Translations under genes and position numbers: made by a program
Source of the DNA: Candidatus Obscuribacteraceae bacterium
GTDB lineage: Bacteria > Cyanobacteriota > Vampirovibrionia > Obscuribacterales > Obscuribacteraceae
Assembly: GCA_044229845.1 (NCBI GenBank)
Contig: JBGASG010000002.1
Location: 352,001-416,000, forward strand
DNA length: 64,000 nucleotides
Direction of reading: 5' to 3'
The notes under the pieces: generated by a model
The model's database searches: none
Told to the model about the DNA's origin: nothing
What the model saw: only the letters and a program-made list of their open reading frames with translations
In this document: positions 43,397 to 53,408 of the stretch, piece after piece
Layout of the letters: each line of letters begins with the position of its first letter
Numbering within the stretch: the stretch's first letter is position 1

Positions 43397-44689
43397 TTAA
43401 GTTGCAGCCCCGGCGCCTTCGCGGCCAACCCCTTCACTTTCGCCGGAATCAGGCACCGGCGACCCATGCACGCCTCCGCCCCGGGGGACGTTGGGAAGCA
43501 AAAACGAAAGCGCGAAAGCCAAAATCATCACCGCCGCCCCCAGGTAATAGGGGGTCTGCAGCCCTACATGCAGGAAAAACCAGCCGCCGGCAATCGGTCC
43601 AAGAATCCGTCCCAGTGTGGAAAGCGACTGCCCGACACCGAGGGCACCACCGACCCTGGCTGGATCGGCTTGCTTGGAGAGAATGCTCTGATTGGAAGGC
43701 GTGGTGATGCCGGTGCCCGCCGCCAGGAACGCCAGGGCACCATAGAGCATCGGCACGCTGGTCGACAGTCCGATCAGCAAAAGACCGACGGCGGTCAGCA
43801 GCGATCCCGTTGCCACGAGCGCCTTTTCAGGCACTTTCTTATTGAGGCGGCCGATCAGACCGCCCTGGATAAAGACCATCAAAAGTCCGATGTAGGTGAA
43901 CATCAGGCTGTTTTCGGTGATGCCGAATTTGAAAACGCGTTCGCTGAAAAGCACAAGCGTTGCTTCCATGTTGGCAAAGGCGAAGGTGGAGATAAAAAAC
44001 AGGGACAGCGCCACGCGCAGCCGCGGATCGGCGAGTGTCTTGAAATAAAAGGCCGGATCGGACACGAAACGCTCATGTCCAGCCTGGCTGCGGTTTGGCG
44101 GCTCAGGCAGTTTGGCGGCCGCCAGCAAAAGCGCCATGCCGCTGAAGGCTGCCGCCACATAGCCGATGTAATTATGAGCGCCCAGATAACTGCACAGCCC
44201 GCCGACAGCGGGTCCCAGAACAAAACCCAGTCCGAAGGCAGCGCCCACAAGTCCCATGCCTTTCGCCCGGTTTTCGATGGTTGTCACATCGGAGATGTAA
44301 GCCTGAGCGACGGCGATATTGCCGTTGCCGGCGCCCGCTACCAGCCTCGACAGGAACAGCAGCGGTAGTGAGTGCGCGAAGCCCCAGATCAAGTAGCCGA
44401 TCGTGGAAGCGGTGAGGCTGATGAGCAGCACCGGACGGCGCCCTAATTTATCGGAAAGCCGTCCCCAGTAAGGGGTGAAGATGAACTGCATGAGCGAATA
44501 GGACGCCACCAGCCATGAAATAGTCACGGCGTCGGCTCCAAATTGCTCGGCAACGGTGGGCAACACCGGAATGATGATGCCGAAGCCGATCAAGTCGATG
44601 AAGACGACAAGAAATATCAGCAGCAGCGGCAATTTCGAGCTTTTGGCGGGCGGTTGAGAATTCTCTTGAGATGGTGATGGTCCGGTCAT
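43397..44689 (-). CDS. MFS transporter (TetA/DHA1-like)
   Basis: DLIGFGIIIPVLP, motif A GRLSDKLGRRP and GFVLGPAVGG; about 12 TM segments. Confidence 0.92.
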   Translation of the reverse strand: MTGPSPSQENSQPPAKSSKLPLLLIFLVVFIDLIGFGIIIPVLPTVAEQFGADAVTISWLVASYSLMQFIFTPYWGRLSDKLGRRPVLLISLTASTIGYLIWGFAHSLPLLFLSRLVAGAGNGNIAVAQAYISDVTTIENRAKGMGLVGAAFGLGFVLGPAVGGLCSYLGAHNYIGYVAAAFSGMALLLAAAKLPEPPNRSQAGHERFVSDPAFYFKTLADPRLRVALSLFFISTFAFANMEATLVLFSERVFKFGITENSLMFTYIGLLMVFIQGGLIGRLNKKVPEKALVATGSLLTAVGLLLIGLSTSVPMLYGALAFLAAGTGITTPSNQSILSKQADPARVGGALGVGQSLSTLGRILGPIAGGWFFLHVGLQTPYYLGAAVMILAFALSFLLPNVPRGGGVHGSPVPDSGESEGVGREGAGAAT

Positions 44690-44950
44690 AGTTTCTTACA
44701 GGATGTTATTGCCGTCGGCAGTCCGCTTTTCGTTGCAGCCGAAGACTCGGTCCATGGGCTGAAAACGGCTTCAGGCGGCGCACCAGCACCTTAGAGTAGC
44801 GCACGAGAGACATTGCTGCCTTAACAATCTGGAGGGGTGGAGCGGCTGATACAGTGCGCGTTAGAGATAGATTCTCCTTTAAGCTGGGTAGGTTAAGAAC
44901 GGGCACTAGTTTGCCTCGTGGCGCTGATTTAACCAAGACTTTTCCTGTCA

Positions 44951-46816
44951 ATGAAACTTTGCCTGGTCTGTAACTTTCAATTCGGTGACGAGCAGGACCT
45001 GTGTCCCAAGGACATGTCCAAGCTCGTGCCTTTGGGCAAAGATCCACTGCTCGGCAAACTGATTCAAGAACGCTATCGCGTCGAATCTGTAATCGCCAAA
45101 GGCTCGATGGGCATTGTTTACAAGGCGACGCAGGAGTTGATCGGTCGCGAAGTCGCCGTCAAAGTTTTGCATGGCTATCTGGTCGCCGATGATGAGTCGA
45201 TGAAGCGCTTCCACAAAGAAGCAAAAGCCGCCAGCCGTCTCAACCATCCCAACATCATGACGCTCTACGATTTCGGTGTGCTGCCTTCTGGACAGCCGTA
45301 CATCGTCATGGATTTGCTGAAAGGCAAGAGTCTCGCCGATATCCTCTCTGAACGGCGCAATCTGCCGGTCGACGAAGTGCTGCCCATCTTCCAGCAAGTT
45401 TTCCAGGCCATTGGTGCGGCGCACAAAATCGGTGTGGTGCACCGCGACATGAAGCCCGACAACATTGTCGTCGAGCAGTCGCGCAATAAGGTGCCGCTGG
45501 TCAAACTCGTCGATTTCGGCATCGCTACTTTCATTCAAGAGCAAGAAGACACGCTCGGCAAAATCACCAAAGCCGGCACCGTATGTGGTAGCCCCACCTA
45601 CATGAGCCCCGAACAGTGCGACGACAACAAGGTCGACGGCCGCAGCGACTTATACTCACTGGGCATCGTTCTGTACGAAACTTTGACCGGTCGTGTGCCT
45701 TTCGACGGCGCCGACATTTACAACGTCATGTCGATGCACGTCAAAGACGCACCACCCAGTCTCAAGGCTGTCCGCCCCGATCTGAACTTCCCGCCGCAAC
45801 TGGAGCAGGTCGTCGACCGCGCGCTGCAAAAAGATCCCGGCAAGCGTTTTCAGACAGCCTCCGATTTCTGGGAATCTCTCTCGAACGCCTGCACCAACGG
45901 GCGCCCGCGTTCGACGGCCACACCGCAGCCGGCGACCACCTCACTGACGCCGACCCCGGCTGCCGCAGCCGGCGTCGGAGCAGGCGGTGGCGGCGGCAGC
46001 CCCCTGTCCAGCAATCCGCTCGGCATGGGCGCGCCGATCAGCAATCCGATGGCGACATCATCGGCACCGACGACCGACATTCAACGGCCGGCGCCGCGCG
46101 AGCCGGAAGCACCATCCCCGGTGCGCGGGCACTCCGGGCACACGCCGGAGCCGCTCACCAAAGGGTCCGATGAAGGAGATGTGCAATCGCTGGTCGACCG
46201 CGCCTTGATCAGCAAATTGCATGCCGCCGGCATGACACCGGTTTCCGGACTGCAACCGGCTCCCGAGCCGCCCAGTTCCGCCGCTATCATCAACCAGATT
46301 GTCGACGAAGACGCCATGCGCAAGAAGATGCATGCGTCCACACTGATTATCAACAAACCGCTGACGCGCAAGAAGAAGAAACGCGGCGTCGATCCGATCA
46401 TCCGCTGGGTCGGCTTCATGCAGCAGCTGATGCCAATGGGTCTGACGATTATTCTTTCCGCATCGCTGCTCTGGGTAGTCGCCAACGAGGCTTATTTGCA
46501 TGCGGTCCTGGACCGCAAGGTGAAAGCCATGTTGGGAGCGCAGAAAGACAAGACCGATGTCGACGCACTGTTGCGTGCCAACAAACTCGATCAAGCCCGC
46601 AAAACCCTGGAGAAACGCAAGCGCGCCGGCACTCTCACTGGCGAAGATCAAGAGAGTCTGAACGACGTATACTTCCTTTTGGCTCGCCGCGAGGCAAAGA
46701 GTCGGCGCTACAAAGCCGCTCTTAACTGGCTGAATCAAATCAGCGACGACGAAAGACAAGACGATGAGACACAGCTGCTGATCAAAAAATATCGCAGACT
46801 GTCCGGACTCAAATAA
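44951..46816 (+). CDS. Hanks-type Ser/Thr protein kinase with Cys-rich N-terminus and C-terminal TM segment
   Basis: CLVC...CPKD; VAVK, HRDMKPDN, DFG, GSPTYMSPE and DLYSLG. Confidence 0.92.
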   Translation: MKLCLVCNFQFGDEQDLCPKDMSKLVPLGKDPLLGKLIQERYRVESVIAKGSMGIVYKATQELIGREVAVKVLHGYLVADDESMKRFHKEAKAASRLNHPNIMTLYDFGVLPSGQPYIVMDLLKGKSLADILSERRNLPVDEVLPIFQQVFQAIGAAHKIGVVHRDMKPDNIVVEQSRNKVPLVKLVDFGIATFIQEQEDTLGKITKAGTVCGSPTYMSPEQCDDNKVDGRSDLYSLGIVLYETLTGRVPFDGADIYNVMSMHVKDAPPSLKAVRPDLNFPPQLEQVVDRALQKDPGKRFQTASDFWESLSNACTNGRPRSTATPQPATTSLTPTPAAAAGVGAGGGGGSPLSSNPLGMGAPISNPMATSSAPTTDIQRPAPREPEAPSPVRGHSGHTPEPLTKGSDEGDVQSLVDRALISKLHAAGMTPVSGLQPAPEPPSSAAIINQIVDEDAMRKKMHASTLIINKPLTRKKKKRGVDPIIRWVGFMQQLMPMGLTIILSASLLWVVANEAYLHAVLDRKVKAMLGAQKDKTDVDALLRANKLDQARKTLEKRKRAGTLTGEDQESLNDVYFLLARREAKSRRYKAALNWLNQISDDERQDDETQLLIKKYRRLSGLK

Positions 46817-46846
46817 CCGGATGAGCAGCCGGAAACCGGACTGAAA

Positions 46847-48154
46847 ATGCAGCAAACAATCCTCGAAATCATCGTCATCCTGGGACTCTTTTTAGCTAAC
46901 GCTGTGCTTGCGGCCGCTGAAATGTCCATTGTGTCGGCGCGCAAGGCTCGCCTCCATCAATGGGCCGATAACGGCGACGCCAACGCCAAGATTGCGCTCG
47001 ACCTGGCTAATTCCCCCGACGAACTGGTGTCTACGGTCACCTTCGGCATCACGCTGATCGGCATTCTCACAGGCGCCTTCGGTGGTGCCACCCTGGCTGA
47101 CGCGCTGGAGACATACTTAGAGACGATTCCCGCCATCAAGAACTATGCCGAGATTCTCAGCATTCTGTGCGTGGTGCCCCCCGTCACTTATCTGTCTGTG
47201 ATCATCGGCGAACTGGTGCCCAAGCGACTGGCGCTCAGCAATCCAGAACGTGTCGCCTGCGTGATGGCGCCTTTCATGCGCCTGGCCGCCAATCTATTCC
47301 GTCCGGCGGTGCGCTTACTTTCTGCCAGCTCGGGAGTGGTGCTGCGCATCATGGGTGTCAGCGAGCAGAAGGAACCGATGATTACCGACGCCGAGATTCA
47401 AGTTCTCGTCGAGCAGGGGACGCAAGCGGGCATCTTCGAAGAGGCTGAGCAGGAAATGGTCGAGGGCGTGCTGACGCTCGCCGATAAAACCGTGCGCGCG
47501 CTGATGACGCCGCGTCTGGGAGTTGCCTGGCTGGACAAGAAGAGCACGCAAGAACAGATTCTGGAGTGCCTCAACGAAAACAATCACAGCTACATTCCAG
47601 TTGCCGATGAAAACCTGGATAACGTGCTGGGCATCGCGCAAACCCGCCGGCTGTTTCTCGCCATGGCAGCCGGGCAGAAGATTCAGCTCACCGAATTTAT
47701 CGAGCAACCCCTGTTTCTTCCCGAAAGCACCACCGCCCTCGACATCCTCGATATGTTCCGGCAAACGCGCGTCCACGTTGCCTTCGTGATCAATGAATAC
47801 GGCGGCTTCGAAGGCATGGTCACCATCAACGACGTGCTCGAATCAATCGTCGGCGAAGTCGCCATCGGACCCGACGCCAAGGCGCAAGTCGAACAACACT
47901 CGGACGGCTCCTGGATCGTCAACGGCGATGCACATATAGATGATGTAAAAGACGTGCTCGAAGTGAAGGAATTACCGGGTGAAAACCTGAACGCCTACCG
48001 CACCCTGGCTGGTTTCCTGCTTTATCAGTGGCAGCGCATTCCCGCCAAAGGCGAAGCACTCTCCTGGGAGCACTGGGACTTCGAAGTGCTCTCGATGGAC
48101 GGTTATCGCATCGACTCGGTGCGCGTGCGCGCCAAAAACCGCGCCGCATCCTGA
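46847..48154 (+). CDS. Hemolysin-family / CNNM (DUF21-CBS-CorC_HlyC) protein
   Basis: AAAEMSIVSAR, GELVPKRLA, MTPR, NEYGGFEGMVT and TLAGF. Confidence 0.92.
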   Translation: MQQTILEIIVILGLFLANAVLAAAEMSIVSARKARLHQWADNGDANAKIALDLANSPDELVSTVTFGITLIGILTGAFGGATLADALETYLETIPAIKNYAEILSILCVVPPVTYLSVIIGELVPKRLALSNPERVACVMAPFMRLAANLFRPAVRLLSASSGVVLRIMGVSEQKEPMITDAEIQVLVEQGTQAGIFEEAEQEMVEGVLTLADKTVRALMTPRLGVAWLDKKSTQEQILECLNENNHSYIPVADENLDNVLGIAQTRRLFLAMAAGQKIQLTEFIEQPLFLPESTTALDILDMFRQTRVHVAFVINEYGGFEGMVTINDVLESIVGEVAIGPDAKAQVEQHSDGSWIVNGDAHIDDVKDVLEVKELPGENLNAYRTLAGFLLYQWQRIPAKGEALSWEHWDFEVLSMDGYRIDSVRVRAKNRAAS

Positions 48155-48169
48155 GCACGCTAGCCCGTT

Positions 48170-48200
48170 TTCAATCCGACTTCAATCCGACTTCAATCCG
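48170..48200. repeat. 11-bp tandem repeat x3 (TTCAATCCGAC) at a convergent junction
   Basis: Copies at 48170, 48181 and 48192, abutting the accA stop. Confidence 0.85.
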
Positions 48201-49181
48201 TCAGGACGCAGCTTCCACGAAGGCGCCCAACTTGCGGAATTTGGTCTGGCGATCCTTCATAAGATCCGCCGGGGATTTCGCAGACAATTCGCGGATGTGT
48301 TTGAGCAGTGCTTCCTTGACCGTCAGCGCCACCGCGTCATAGTCGTGATGAGCACCGCCGAGCGGTTCCTTCACCACTTCGTCGACGACGCCGATTTTGG
48401 CAATCTGGCGAGCGGTGATTTTCATCGCCTCGGCAGCCTCGGCGATCTTGTCGCCGGAGCGCCATAGAATAGATGCGCAACCTTCCGGCGAGATCACCGA
48501 ATAAACCGAGTGCTCGAGCATCAAGATGCGATTGGCCACGCCGATGGCCAGCGCGCCTCCGGAGCCTCCCTCGCCTGTGACAATCGAGATCACCGGCACG
48601 GTCAGTCCGGAAAGTTCAAGCAAGTTGACGGCGATTGCCTCGGCCTGGTTGTGTTCTTCGGCCGCCATGCCCGGGTAGGCGCCCGGTGTGTCAATCAGGG
48701 TGACAATCGGCAGGTGGAATTTTTCGGCGTGCTTGAAGACACGCAGCGCCTTGCGATAGCCTTCAGGCTGGGGCATGCCGAAATTGCACAGCTGCTTATC
48801 CCGCAGGCTGCGACCTTTCTGCGTGCCGACGGCGACGACGCGCGCACCATCCATGGTGAGCAGCCCGCAGACCATAGCCGGATCGTCGGCACCTTTGCGG
48901 TCGCCGTGCAGTTCGATCCAGTTTGGATCCCAGCGCTCGAAATAATCGCGGGTATAGGGGCGCTGCGGATGCCGCGCCAGAGCCAGGTGGTCGATGGGGC
49001 GCAGGTTGGCGTAAAGCGAGCGCTTCAAATGATCGTACTGGTCCTGAAGCAAGTCGAGGTCTTTGCCGAGTTCGGGATTGTGAGTTTCGGCAACCTGCTT
49101 TTCCAGAGCCTCGATTTGCTGCGCCAATAAGAGGAGCGGTTGCTCGAATTCCAGAGGCACATTCTTCTTATCGGCAGGCAT
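48201..49181 (-). CDS. accA: Acetyl-CoA carboxylase carboxyltransferase alpha subunit
   Basis: ARHPQRP, ELHGDR, PEGYRKA, DTPGAYPG and GEGGSGGA. Confidence 0.96.
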   Translation of the reverse strand: MPADKKNVPLEFEQPLLLLAQQIEALEKQVAETHNPELGKDLDLLQDQYDHLKRSLYANLRPIDHLALARHPQRPYTRDYFERWDPNWIELHGDRKGADDPAMVCGLLTMDGARVVAVGTQKGRSLRDKQLCNFGMPQPEGYRKALRVFKHAEKFHLPIVTLIDTPGAYPGMAAEEHNQAEAIAVNLLELSGLTVPVISIVTGEGGSGGALAIGVANRILMLEHSVYSVISPEGCASILWRSGDKIAEAAEAMKITARQIAKIGVVDEVVKEPLGGAHHDYDAVALTVKEALLKHIRELSAKSPADLMKDRQTKFRKLGAFVEAAS

Positions 49182-49208
49182 CGACCGGCGTCTTCCTTTG
49201 CAATGGGT

Positions 49209-50129
49209 TCAGCGACTGAGGGCATGTTCGGGTCGCGACGATGAAGACGAATCGTCCGCACCGCGAGCACCGTGAAAAGCTACAACCTGCGTGAGCACGT
49301 CACGCATTTTTCCGCGTTCTACAACCATGTCGACCTGCCCGTGCTTGAGCAGGTACTCCGCGGTCTGGAAATCGGTCGGCAACTTCTGCCGAATGGTTTG
49401 CTCGATAACGCGGCGTCCGGCAAAGCCGATGCGCGCGCCCGGCTCAGCCAGGATGATGTCGCCCAGCATCGCAAAGCTGGCCGTGACACCCCCGAACGTG
49501 GGCTCGCTGAGGATCGATATAAATAGACCGCCGGCATCGGCGAAGAGCTTCAGAGCTGCACTGGTTTTAGCCAGCTGCATGAGGCTGAGGATGCCTTCTT
49601 GCATGCGGGCACCACCGGATGACGAGACGATGATCAAAGGCAGCTTTTCTTTGAGCGCATATTCAATGATTCGCACCAGCTTTTCGCCGACCACAGATCC
49701 CATGGAGCCACCGAAGTGCCCGAAGTCCATGAGCCCGGCGGCTACTTCATAGCCGTTTATTTTGAACGTACCAGTGAGAACCGCTTCCTTGAGACCCGAC
49801 TTTCTGGTGGCTTCAGCCTGACGCTTGACGTAGCCTTCGGTGTCCACGAATTCAAGGGGGTCTGCGGAAGTCAGGTCGGCATCGCGCTCAACCCATGTGT
49901 CCGGATCGGCCAGTTGCTCGATGCGCTGCTCGGCACCGATGCGAAAGTGATACTGGCATTTGGGGCAGACGTGCAGGGCCACACGCAGGTCGCGAGTGTA
50001 GAGCAGCTCGCGGCATTGGAAGCACTGCGTCCAGAGCGCGCAGTATTCTTCCGTAGTCAGCGGTTGCTTGACCGCCTCCGCAGTCTCACGTCGTTTCTGT
50101 CTCTTCTCGAACCAGTCTTTGAGATCCAT
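49209..50129 (-). CDS. accD: Acetyl-CoA carboxylase carboxyltransferase beta subunit
   Basis: Zn finger CFQC/CPKC, GGSMGSVVGE, SGGARMQEG and GFAGRRVIEQT. Confidence 0.96.
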   Translation of the reverse strand: MDLKDWFEKRQKRRETAEAVKQPLTTEEYCALWTQCFQCRELLYTRDLRVALHVCPKCQYHFRIGAEQRIEQLADPDTWVERDADLTSADPLEFVDTEGYVKRQAEATRKSGLKEAVLTGTFKINGYEVAAGLMDFGHFGGSMGSVVGEKLVRIIEYALKEKLPLIIVSSSGGARMQEGILSLMQLAKTSAALKLFADAGGLFISILSEPTFGGVTASFAMLGDIILAEPGARIGFAGRRVIEQTIRQKLPTDFQTAEYLLKHGQVDMVVERGKMRDVLTQVVAFHGARGADDSSSSSRPEHALSR

Positions 50130-50342
50130 TGCATTACTTTTTCGAAGTTGAATCAGCAGCCAACTTTGCTGCCGTTCGCCGAAGCGCGCATCCATGCGCC
50201 TCTTCAATAGGCTGGAATTATATCACCGCCCATCTTTAGCACTTAGAATAATATCCAGCATCGGGGCTTTTCGTTAGGATTAGTGACCGCCTTGCAACCA
50301 GCCGGCGCCAGTAGATGAGAATAGCTTAAGAGTCGAGAACAC

Positions 50343-51179
50343 ATGCGCATTCCGCGCTTCTTCCTTTTCCCCGGCGACCTGGACCGCGCCGGGACACTGC
50401 GCAATCACTCGCCATTGGAGATCGGCGAGCGGTCCCAGGTGGATCAGATTCGCAATGTCTTGCGCCTTCGAACCGGTGCGCAGATAGATGTGCTGGATAT
50501 GCAAGCCAACATCTATCGGTGCGAAATCGTTGAGCTGTCTCCAAATATGGTGCGCACCAGAGTGGTCGAGATCGCCACCGCCGAAGGTGACCCGCCGGTT
50601 GATTTGATCGTCGGCATGTCGATGATCAAGGGTGACCGTTTCGAGACGGCGCTGCAAAAACTGACGGAGATCGGCGTGCGGTGTGTGGTGCCGCTGATCA
50701 CGGAACGGACAGTGGTGCGCGGCGATGACACCACCGGAGATGCCAAGCGAGATAGTGCAGGGAGCAAGAAGCTGCAGCGCTGGCAAGCGATTGCTCGCGA
50801 AGCGGCCGAACAAAGTGAGCGCGCCTCCATACCGCAAATTTTGCCGCCGGTAAAGCTGCCGGCTTTTCTGTCTGACTTCACCACTGGTGGCAAATTAGAT
50901 ATAGCATTTATATGCACGGAGCGCCTACAAGCCGGACTGTTGCGTGACAAAGTGCATAGTCCGGCGGCTGCAGATAAAAATTCCAAAACCAGCGATCAGA
51001 TGCAGAAACGGATGCAGATCGGATTGCTGATCGGCCCCGAAGGTGGCTGGTCGGAGCAGGAAGTGGTATCAGCGGAAGAACGAGGCTGGCAGCCGGTTTC
51101 CTTAGGTCGACGCATTCTCAGAGCTGAGACGGCGGCCATAATTTCTGCTGCGCAAATTATCTGTACATTTGAGAGTTGA
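50343..51179 (+). CDS. rsmE: 16S rRNA m3U1498 methyltransferase
   Basis: VLRLR, QKLTEIGV, EAAEQSER, IGPEGG and LGRRILRAETA. Confidence 0.93.
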   Translation: MRIPRFFLFPGDLDRAGTLRNHSPLEIGERSQVDQIRNVLRLRTGAQIDVLDMQANIYRCEIVELSPNMVRTRVVEIATAEGDPPVDLIVGMSMIKGDRFETALQKLTEIGVRCVVPLITERTVVRGDDTTGDAKRDSAGSKKLQRWQAIAREAAEQSERASIPQILPPVKLPAFLSDFTTGGKLDIAFICTERLQAGLLRDKVHSPAAADKNSKTSDQMQKRMQIGLLIGPEGGWSEQEVVSAEERGWQPVSLGRRILRAETAAIISAAQIICTFES

Positions 51180-51214
51180 TTGGCGGTACAATATTGCCCG
51201 CGAAGTGCTTGTGA

Positions 51215-51346
51215 GGTATCCACCGCTCAGCGAGTTACTGCTCGGCAAAGCCGTGCGCAGAATGCGTAGAGCAGGGCGTAATCGCCCGTGGTGCCAGCAA
51301 GGAATCAGGGAACTGAACAGTTGCCACCACGGACGGGGTTGATACC
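51215..51346 (+). ncRNA. Candidate multi-helix structured RNA of unknown family
   Basis: Nested stems GGTATC/GATACC, CTGCTC/GAGCAG, GGCG/CGCC, CGTGGTG/CACCACG and TCAG-GGAA-CTGA; TACAAT at 51187 upstream. Confidence 0.4.
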
Positions 51347-51462
51347 AAATACGATGTTGAAGGAAATTTCGTCATCAGGCTTGACAAATAAGAGAAATGA
51401 GAGTCTTATAGTACTTGGTATGGCTAACACCACCTGTGATGCTACGGCTGTCTAGAAAGGCG

Positions 51463-52128
51463 ATGAGTGTGGCCGCAAATCTGGCTCGTATCAAGAACAC
51501 GCTCGGCGCCCAACCCGTCACTCTCGTTGCCGTTTCTAAAGGCGTCAACGTAGATCTGATGGTGGAAGCTTTCGAAAACGGTGTCACCGAATTCGGTGAG
51601 AATCGCGTTCAGGATGCTCTCGAAAAACAGGCGGCGTTGCCACCGCAGATGGCGGATAAAATCCACTGGCACTTTATCGGCCATTTGCAAACCAACAAAG
51701 TGAAGAAGGCTGTGGGCCGCTTCGCGCTCATCCATTCCGTAGACAGCATCAGGCTGGCGGAAGAGATTTCGCGAGAAGCTACGGCTGCCGGGATCACCCA
51801 GGCAGTGCTCCTGCAAGTGAAAGTGGTGCCGGATCCGAGCAAGTCCGGTTTCACGCCCGAGCAACTTCGCCAGAGCATCGACCAGATTATGTCGCTGCCC
51901 AATTTGCAGGTGGAAGGTCTGATGACCATCGCACCGTTCACCGCGGATGAAGATATCTGGCAAACATGTTTTGACGGTCTGCGCGATTTGCGCGACGAAC
52001 TGGAGAGCGCCTCCGATGACAAATATGCGCTCAAAGAATTGTCCATGGGGATGACCCAAGACTGGGAGGCTGCCGTCGAAAGCGGCGCCACCATGATCAG
52101 GCTCGGCAGAGCCGTTTTCGGTCCATAA
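51463..52128 (+). CDS. yggS: YggS/PipY family PLP homeostasis protein
   Basis: LVAVSK, FGENRVQD, WHFIGHLQTNK, LSMGMT and GATMIRLG. Confidence 0.95.
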   Translation: MSVAANLARIKNTLGAQPVTLVAVSKGVNVDLMVEAFENGVTEFGENRVQDALEKQAALPPQMADKIHWHFIGHLQTNKVKKAVGRFALIHSVDSIRLAEEISREATAAGITQAVLLQVKVVPDPSKSGFTPEQLRQSIDQIMSLPNLQVEGLMTIAPFTADEDIWQTCFDGLRDLRDELESASDDKYALKELSMGMTQDWEAAVESGATMIRLGRAVFGP

Positions 52129-52218
52129 ATTACGGTAGGTGTGTGGCGGCGGGACTCCCGCCAAATCAAGTTCATCAGTATGTAGTGGTGACATGAAGAT
52201 GAACGGAAGACAAGGAGG

Positions 52219-52725
52219 ATGGTTGTGAGTTTAGTCCAAAAATTCAAGAGCTTCTGGTTCGGCCCGTCCGACAACTACGACAGCGAAGATTTTGAAGATC
52301 TGTTTGAAACCAGTGATGATATCTACGCGACCAATGGCCAGCTCGCTCTCGATGTCGCTCCGGCACCGCCGGTACGCGCACCCAGAACGACAACTACGCA
52401 AAATGCGAAAGTCGTCGACCACCCGAACGCTCAAGCAATGAGCGAAGTGATGGTCATCGAGCCGCGCACATTCCAAGAGTCACTGGAGATCGTCGAACAA
52501 CTGCGCACGCGCAAATCGATCCTGCTCAACTTGCACTTGCTGGATAACGATCAATCGCAACGTGTCGTAGATTTTCTCTCCGGCGCTACTCATGCCATCG
52601 ACGGGCATCAACAGCGCATCGGCGACGGCGTCTTCCTGTTTGCACCGTCTTCGGTGACAATCAACGCCGAATCGACCTCGTCCAAAGCCATCAAAGATGT
52701 GTTCTGGACCAAGGGACTCCAATAG
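52219..52725 (+). CDS. sepF: Cell division protein SepF
   Basis: EPRTFQE, QRVVDFLSG and FLFAP; adjacent to yggS. Confidence 0.9.
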   Translation: MVVSLVQKFKSFWFGPSDNYDSEDFEDLFETSDDIYATNGQLALDVAPAPPVRAPRTTTTQNAKVVDHPNAQAMSEVMVIEPRTFQESLEIVEQLRTRKSILLNLHLLDNDQSQRVVDFLSGATHAIDGHQQRIGDGVFLFAPSSVTINAESTSSKAIKDVFWTKGLQ

Positions 52726-52776
52726 ATCGAAGTTTTGAAACCAACCTATGGGGTTGGCATTGAGCGGGGAAAAGAG

Positions 52777-52805
52777 TGCCGGGCGCAAGCCCGGCATTTC
52801 TTTCT
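52777..52805 (+). terminator. Rho-independent terminator after sepF
   Basis: TGCCGGGC-GCAA-GCCCGGCA followed by TTTCTTTCT. Confidence 0.85.
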
Positions 52806-52855
52806 CTACGCGTGAAACAAAATCTCAAGAGTCCTCCACCTCGTGAGGTAGTTGC

Positions 52856-53375
52856 ATGTGCCAGAGCGTCCCCGAAGGATATGGAGCCCCAACCCTGCCG
52901 CCACACCAGTACCCGCCGGGCATCAAAGTCTTCGCCGGGCTAGTGGCAGTCGTCGCCCTCTACGGGTTGTTCTCGACACCGCATGCGCTGATGTCCCTGC
53001 ACCAGTTGCGGGCAGCTAGTGCCTCTATGACGGCGGCAACTTCCAGGGCGCCGCGCAAGCCTACGAAGGCGTGCTAAAAGAAGCGCCCCGCTCCGGCACC
53101 GCCAAGTTGGGCGCCGCTAAAGCCTACTTCCAGTTGCATGACGAGTCGGCCGACAAGAAAGCGTTGACGTTGCTGGTCTGGACAAATACGACGCAGAAGA
53201 CCTGGCGAAAGTGATGCCCGAAAAATACCGGGATCTGTTTACCGCCGGCAGCCGCAAAGGCAGCGTTGTCCTGGAGTCCGTCAACGGCTCCAACGTCGAT
53301 CGCCCGTGGTTTGATGCGATCTATGCCGTCCTGGTGTCGATGGCCCTGCCGATGATCCTGGCCGGCAACATCTAG
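52856..53375 (+). pseudogene. Membrane-anchored TPR-like protein broken by two frameshifts
   Basis: TM segment, then a shift near 53024 to YDGGNFQGAAQAYEGVLKEAPRSGTAKLGAAKAYF, then a shift near 53177 to LDKYDAEDLAKVMPEKYRDLF...TAG at 53375. Confidence 0.65.
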
Positions 53376-53408
53376 CTCTCGGCAACATCTATATAGTGAA
53401 CGGCGTAT

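Noticed and set aside
51362..51380. Hammerhead ribozyme core on the minus strand (CTGATGA...GAAA)
   Set aside because: No room for stem II between the motifs and no flanking stems
51381..51412. Sigma70 promoter for yggS (TTGACA...TATAGT)
   Set aside because: Spacer is 20 bp, too long to call with confidence
52803..52819. parS site
   Set aside because: Only the right half (CGTGAAACA) matches TGTTTCACGTGAAACA
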